In this document: positions 56,571-64,000 of the stretch, one piece after another
Layout: each line of letters begins with the position of its first letter
Position numbering within the stretch: the first letter of the stretch is position 1
Assembly: GCA_951406725.2 (NCBI GenBank)
Contig: OX597841.1
Location: 18,724,001 to 18,788,000, forward strand
Origin: Octopus vulgaris
Taxonomy: Eukaryota
Direction of reading: 5' to 3'
DNA: 64,000 bases
Position numbers and translations under genes: made by a program
Notes under the pieces: model-generated
The model's input: only the letters and a program-made list of their open reading frames with translations
Database searches by the model: none
Told to the model about the DNA's origin: nothing

Positions 56571-56936
56571 ATATACATTTTTTTCATCTAGTTTCAGCTC
56601 ACGAGCTGTGGCCATGCTGGGGCACCACCATTCATATATGTATATATATATATTTAAAAGAAAACGGTTTTTTAGATTCTTTTGTTCATAGTCATGTGAA
56701 TTTCCCATGTGTAGAATAGTTTCTGAAAATTTCAAAAGATGAAAAAAGTTGGATGGAGGTGTATATACCGTACGTAGAGCAGAATTCCCCCAAATTAGTA
56801 ATCAGGGTAAAATGAGCAATTTCCTATTTTTCAGTTGTTTTCCTCCTTCAGTGACACAGTCAAATTACTGGAACTTTTGAGATTTTTCTTCCAACTTTGA
56901 CCCAGTTGTAATTGGGAGTGTTAAAATATCTGGTAT

Positions 56937-57165
56937 TTCACTCTTTTGTTACCCTATTTCTGTTGAGATGCTCTGTGTTTCTTCCAATTATTTTAAATAT
57001 AACAAAGAATTTAGTAAAATAACTTAGTTATCATTCAGCTAGTGTTAGGAACATAAATTGTGACTAAGGCTTGGTGGAAGATTTTAATTCAAAACTTATG
57101 AAAACAAGACATTTGTACTTCAGGGTCAGAGGTGGTTTCAGCCAGGTTCGTATCAAAAGGGTTAA
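56937..57165. mobile_element. piggyBac-like MITE
   Basis: Ends ttca|ctcttttgttac and gtatcaaaaggg|ttaa: a degenerate CCCTTT TIR with a TTAA site. Confidence 0.6.
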
Positions 57166-57186
57166 GAAAAAAGAGAGAAAAGAGAA

Positions 57187-57233
<47 letters not shown>

Positions 57234-57720
57234 TGGAAGGTGCCCCAGCATGGCCACAGCTCGTGAGCTGAAACTAGTTGAAAAAATATATATATAGGCA
57301 TAGGAGTGGCTGTGTGGTAAGTAGCTTGTTTACTAAAAGGTCGTTAGTTTGGCATTTAATGCAAACTTGATATCCAACATCGGTGTAGGGAAAATCTATG
57401 TGAACTTCCACCATCGCTTGACAACCGATGTTGGTGTGTTTGCGTCCCCGTTACTAAGCGGTTCAGCAAAAACGTTCGATAGAATAAGTAGTAGGCTTAC
57501 AGAGAATAAGTCCTGCTTGCGTTCTGTTCGGCTAAAGGCGGTGCTCCAGCATGGCCGCGTACAGCCGGGGGCACAACTATGCATCTCCCGTGGGTGTGTA
57601 TACGTGTATGCATGTTTGTATACGTGTGCATGCGTGTGTGTGTTCTCCGTGTGTGTGCGTGCATGTGATTCTGTGTGTGCGTGCGTGTGTCGTGTTTGTG
57701 TGCGTATATGCGTATATACG

Positions 57721-58187
57721 GCGGCGAGCTGGCAGAATCGTTAGCGCGCCGGGCGAGATGCTTAGTGGTATTTCGGCTGCCGTTACGTTCTGAGTTCAAA
57801 TTCCGCCGAGGTCCACTTTGCCTTTCATCCTTTCGGGATCGATTAAATAAGTACCAGTTACGCACTTGGGTCGATGTAATCGACTTAATCCGCTTGTCTG
57901 TCCTTGTTTGTCCCCTCTGTGTTTAGCTCCTTGTGGGTAGTAAAGAAATAGGTATTTCGTCTGCCGTTACGTTCTGAGTTCAAATTCCGCCGAGGTCCAC
58001 TTTGCCTTTCATCCTTTCGGGGTCGATTAAATAAGTACCAGTTACGCACTTGGGTCGATGTAATCGACTTAATCCGCTTGTCTGTCCTTGTTTGTCCCCT
58101 CTGTGTTTAGCTCCTTGTGGGTAGTAAAGAAATAGGTATTTCGTCTGCCGTTACGTTCTGAGTTCAAATTCCGCCGAGGTCCACTTT
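57721..58187 (+). mobile_element. SINE family B in tandem, running into the gap
   Basis: Body unit repeated about 2.5 times. Confidence 0.88.
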
Positions 58188-58287
58188 NNNNNNNNNNNNN
58201 NNNNNNNNNNNNNNNNNNNNNNNNNNNNNNNNNNNNNNNNNNNNNNNNNNNNNNNNNNNNNNNNNNNNNNNNNNNNNNNNNNNNNNN
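58188..58287. other. Assembly gap (100 N)
   Basis: Seen directly. Confidence 1.
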
Positions 58288-59991
58288 ATATACATAGACT
58301 TCCCCAGGAATGAGTTTTAGCATTTCATCATTAATATGGTGAACAGTTTTATTCCTCGGGGCCAGTATAGCCTTTTTGCCAATCCAATCCATATTCTGAT
58401 AATTAGCTTGTAGATATGGGAACACTGCATCTCTGAGATCAGAAGGCGTCTTAACAATGGTACAAATGGAATCGATGGCAATATTACCATTTTCATCCCC
58501 TGGTATTTTGCCTTCGCCAAGTGCAAGGAGGGTGTGAGGAAATGCTGCTGATGTGATATTACGTCGCATATGAGCATGCATATTGGTGTGAAGTTTGAGA
58601 GTTACTTCCCTTTATTAAAAAAAATATGCATTAAAATGGAAAAAATTATGGTAAATTATTTGTAAAATCATAGACTCATTGTAGACGCGCGCTAATACCC
58701 AGAAGGGCTCGATATGAATTACGACTATAAGATACCCGGTTTTGGTTAAACTGCATCGCAAAATGTGGGAGTAGTTAGGAATCTAAATCGGAGTAGACAG
58801 ACACACAACCTTTCTTTTAAATATAAATATTTTCGTCCTAAAAAAAAACTTTGTATGGATTGAATGGTTACCTCTATGGAAATATATACACGCACATTAT
58901 ACATACATGTGTGTATAGATGAATATATAAATACATTTAAATATCTATATACACTTTTGGGCGATCTTTCTTTTTCTTAGAGATAACTTTAGATCTTATA
59001 TTCGTCCTAAAAAACTTTGTATGGAGTGAAAGGTTACCTCTATGCGGAAATATATACACACACATTATACATACATCTGTGTATAGATGAATATATAAAT
59101 ACATTTAAATATCTATATACACTTTTGGGCGATCTTTCTTTTTCTTAGAGATAACTTTAGATCTTATTTTCGTCCTAAAAAACTTTGTATGGAGTGAATG
59201 GTTACCTCTATGGAAATATATACACACACGTTATACATACATGTGTGCATAGATGAATATATAAATACATTTAAATATCTATATACACTTTTGGGCGATC
59301 TTTCTGCTACTTGTATATACTTTAGATCTTATATTCGTCCTAAAAAACTTTGTATGGAGTGAAAGGTTACCGCTATGGAAATATATACACACACATTATA
59401 CATACATCTGTGTATAGATGAATATATAAATACATTTAAATATCTATATACACTTTTGGGCGATCTTTCTGCTACTTGGATATAGGTCTTATATTCGTCG
59501 TAAAAAACATTCCTGTCACACACTCACGCACACGCACACACACACACACACACACACGCATCCTCTCACACACACACACGCACACACACACTCACACACA
59601 CGCACACACACACGTTAGCTTACCATTTTATTTATATATTTGCGTGTCTATGTGTGTAAAGAGGAAGTGGGAATGTAGAGTGAAAGAGTCACTCACTACA
59701 GAAAGTGAATTACTTTCACTTTATTCGTTGCCCACTGTGTGTGTGCGTTTGCGTGTGCTGTATCCACACTAAGAGAAGCATTTGACTCATACACCACAAT
59801 GTGAGTTTTCTCTAAATTTTGCTTAATTGGGGTTGAAATTTTAAAAAGTGGACCTGGCAAGACCCGATGCATTCTACTCTTTAAAATGCTAGGTAAATTG
59901 TAATTGAAGAAATCCTATATTGTAGATTTCTATAAGATACAAAGGGAGGCAGATAAAATCTGCCTTTTATAATAAGAGATATATATATAAT

Positions 59992-60056
<65 letters not shown>

Positions 60057-60433
60057 GACGGTCTTCTTTGAGTTTCTGTCTACCAAATCCACTCACAAGG
60101 CCCGAGGGCATAGTAGAAGACACTTGCCCAATGTGCCACGCAGTGGGGCTGAACTCAGAACCATATGGTTGGGAAATAAGCTTCTTACCATATAGCCGCG
60201 CCTCTGCCTATATTGGTTGTAATTTTATCACAAGGACAAAAATTAAGGGAGGTAGGGTTATAAGTCGAGGGGTCAACGGGAACTTATTTTATCGGTCCGT
60301 TAGGATTAAAGGCAAAGTCGATTCTGACAGCATTCGAACTTAGAATGTAAAGACAGGCGAAACGCCCGGCCTTCAATCGTTTCTGCCAGCTCTCCACCCT
60401 GGTACACATGCATATAGTCACATCCACAGACGC

Positions 60434-60464
<31 letters not shown>

Positions 60465-61075
60465 ACACACACACACGGGTGCGGTGAATAAACTGTCGTC
60501 TGAACAACGCAAGGATGGAGAGAACCCAGACATCTCGTTTTAACAGATTTACCAAAATTACATAAAAATATCTTGAAATACTAAAGAGTAAATTTATTCA
60601 ATAAAAACACTTTTGGTTTCAACCGAGGCCTCCAGATGACTTTGGAATCTCCGGCATCTCTTCTGGATGGTCTCCTTGTTTAAGTTGATCAATGCTGCCA
60701 TAACCCTTGCCTTCACTTCATCTTTGGTGTTACAAGGAGTTTTGTTGGTCTCTCGCTCAACTGTGCCCCATACAATAGTTAAGGGGGTTGCAGGCTGGGG
60801 AGTTAGGTGGCCAGATGTTAGGGGTGCGATATGGCTGCAGAAACTGTCTGACAGCCATGACTGGGTTCTCCTGCTTGTGTGGCATGGTGCAGAGTCCTGT
60901 TGCCAGACAGGGTCCTCCAGCAACCACCCCTTTCACCATAGGGCAGGACTACCTCCTTCAGGCACTTGAAGTAGGCCTGTGTTGAGTCTGAGACCGCGTG
61001 GGAAGATGGATGGAGGCACGATGTTGCCATCACTAATGATCACTCCAAACACCATGATGTTGACTGGATTTATAT

Positions 61076-61145
<70 letters not shown>

Positions 61146-61210
61146 ACATAATATATATTTATAATATATATATATATATATACATACACACACACATATA
61201 TATATATATG

Positions 61211-61251
<41 letters not shown>

Positions 61252-63248
61252 ATATATGTATATATAAAATAAACTAGAATGAAAAAACTACAGGCGATAT
61301 GTATTATATGGCTAAAAACAACTGAAGTCACTAAAAAAGATCCTCACAAAGGCAACGTTATTTCCTAAAATAACGGACGCAAAATGAAAAAATGCGGTCG
61401 ACCAAATTGCACAACATGCCCAAACCTTCTAGAAGGATCAAAGAGGGACAAAATGAAAAAATGCGGTCGACCAAATTGCACACCATGCCTAAACCTTCTA
61501 GAAGGATCAGAAATCCTTTTCAAAGAGGGACAAAAATTCAAAATCAAATTTGACTTTCCTTGTACCTCGGAAAATCTCATTTATGAGATAAGATATTCGG
61601 GCTGCCACCAGAATTACATAGGGTCCACGGGATTATCGCTCAGACGCAAATGCATTCTGCACCGACAGCAGATTGCATTCCCAGAATACAGAATGAACCC
61701 TTTAGCGAACACACTGACAGACGCGCAAAACAGCTGCTACCACATATCTTTCCATTTTATCAATACGCCATTGGAACACCAAGAAAGGTTTAAATAAGGA
61801 AACTTACTTAACCATTTCTAACATTTTATTCTATCAAAACCAAATCACGTTGAATTAACAAAACCTAATCATTCCCATCATTTTTGATTATCTCCCTTAT
61901 ACCGAAAAAATCCCTGATTAGCCGAAAAATGGCCGCCATTTAAGCGATGTCACTTTTCATATGTGATAGATCGAGGTTGCAAAATTCGACTTGTGCATAG
62001 GCAATGCTCGAAATTTTGGGGGAAGAGGCCAGTCGATTAGATCGACCCCAGTACGCAACTGGTTCTTAATTTATCGACCCCGAAAGGATGAAAGGCAGAG
62101 TTGACCTTGGCAGAATTTGAACTCAGAACGTAAAGACAGGCGAAATAACGCTAAGCATTTTGCCCGACGTGTTAACGTTTGTAATTTCTTTACTGCCCAC
62201 AAGGGGCTAAACACAGAGGGGACAAACAAGGACAGACAAACGGATTAAGTCGATTACATCGACCCCAGTGCGTAACTGGTACTTAATTTATCGACCCCGA
62301 ATGGATGAAAGGTAAAGTCGACCTCGGTGTAATTTGAACTCAGAACGTAACGGCAGACGAAATACGGCTACGCATTTCGCCCGGCGTGCTGACGTTTCTG
62401 CCAGTTCCTCGCAGCCTTACCCCATGTCGTTTATATTGTATCAAAACTTTATGTATTTATCTGTAAGGTTAAGGAAATTGTTAAAAACTGAAAACCCATC
62501 AGTGACTTTTGGGACACCCTGGACTTATTTTCTTCCATTTTCTTTTACTTGTTTCAGTCATTTGACTACGGCCATGCTGGGGCACCGCCTTTAGTCGAAT
62601 CAAAACGACCCCAGGACTTATTCTCTGTAAGCCTTGTACTTATTCTATCGGTTTCTTATGCCGAACCGCTAAGTTATGGCGGGGGCCTAAACACACCAGC
62701 ATCGGTTGTCAAGCGAAATTGGGGGACAAACACAGATACACAACATACACACACACACATATATATATATACATATATACGACGGGCTTCTCTCAGTTTC
62801 CGTCTACCAAATCTACTCACAAGGCTTTGGTCGGCCCGAGGATATAATGATATAATAGAAGACACTTTTCCAAGATGTCACGCAGTGGACTGAACCCAGA
62901 ACCATATGGTTGGTAAGCAAGCTACTTACCACACAGCCACTCCTGCGCCTATATTAACCTATATACATGCAAACTTACACATACATATACATACATATTC
63001 ACCGATACTGATACACACACACATGTGTGTGTGTGTATACATGAGGTGGTGGGGGATGAAAATTTCCTGGCTTTAAGGGTATCACGAAAGGGGCCTGCTT
63101 GGGGTCCCAACCTTCTGAGTTCTTTTACAGGGCTTAGAAAAAAATGAAGGACAGTCGCAATAAATCTCTGAATCTGTGAGGGGGGATATGTGTGTATACA
63201 TACATACATACATACATACATACATACATACATACATACATACATACA

Positions 63249-63280
<32 letters not shown>

Positions 63281-63583
63281 AGGCGGCGAGCTGGCAGAAA
63301 CGTTCTCACGCCGGGCGAAATGCGTAACCGTATTTCGTCTGCCGTTACGTTCTGAGTTCAAATTCCGCCGAGGTCGACTTTGCTTTTCATCCTTTCGGGG
63401 TCGATAAATTAAGTACCAGTTACGCACTGGGGTCGATGTAATCGACTTGATCCCTTTGTCTGTCCTTGTTTGTCCGCTCTGTGTTTAGCCCCTTGTGGGT
63501 AGTAAAGAAATATATATATGTATGTATAGATAGATAGATAGATAGATAAATAGATAAATAGGTATGTATATGTGAAGGCGCAT

Positions 63584-63623
<40 letters not shown>

Positions 63624-63962
63624 CCTGCCGAGACCCCTTTCGGTCATGACTGATCATGGTATTGCACCTAGAAAGTTACCCTCCTAGTCACAAGTCTGGG
63701 CAAGGTAGTTTTATGGAAGACCAGCAGTCGCCCATGCATGCCAGCCTCCCCCTCTCCACGCCACCGATGTTATCCAAGGGAAAGACAAAGGTCGATACAG
63801 CTTGGCACCCGTGACATCGCAACTAATTTCTACAGCTGAGTGAACTGGAGTAACGTGAAATAAAGTGTCTTGCTCAAGAACACAACACGCAGCCCGGTCC
63901 GGGATTCGAACTGACAACCTCGCGATCGTAAGCTCTAACCACTGAGCCACGCGCCTTCACAT

Positions 63963-63999
<37 letters not shown>

Positions 64000-64000
64000 C
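58288..64000 (+). repeat. Near-identical duplicate of 42917-~48630 (Helitron, 166-bp repeat, maT, Penelope fragment, SINEs)
   Basis: Colinear at an offset of ~15.37 kb. The differences seen are mostly small indels. Confidence 0.97.

Noticed and set aside
58069-58581. 170-aa ORF
   Set aside because: It reads through the N gap and joins a Helitron fragment to a SINE.

Overview
AT-rich, microsatellite-saturated animal genomic DNA. The SINE families and the (AAT)n/(AT)n/(AC)n load resemble an Octopus genome; this is an inference. Nearly all ORFs in the supplied track are microsatellite translations. The real content is a graveyard of mobile elements: R4/Dong-type RLE retrotransposons stacked in (AAT)n tracts, two kinds of Penelope-like GIY-YIG elements, CR1, Tx1/L1 and RTE LINE fragments, non-autonomous Helitrons with PIF1 pieces, a Tc1/maT fragment, hAT and piggyBac MITEs, and several tRNA-derived SINE families. 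One well-formed minus-strand host exon (3804-3905) suggests much of the window is intronic. The most striking signal is seven hand-foldable minimal type-I hammerhead ribozyme motifs at five loci. They lie in Penelope-type terminal repeats, two loci are fold-back palindromes, and several cores are non-canonical (CCGA, CUGU, extra A). Bases 58288-64000 are a near-identical copy of 42917-48630 after a 100-N gap, probably an assembly artefact.
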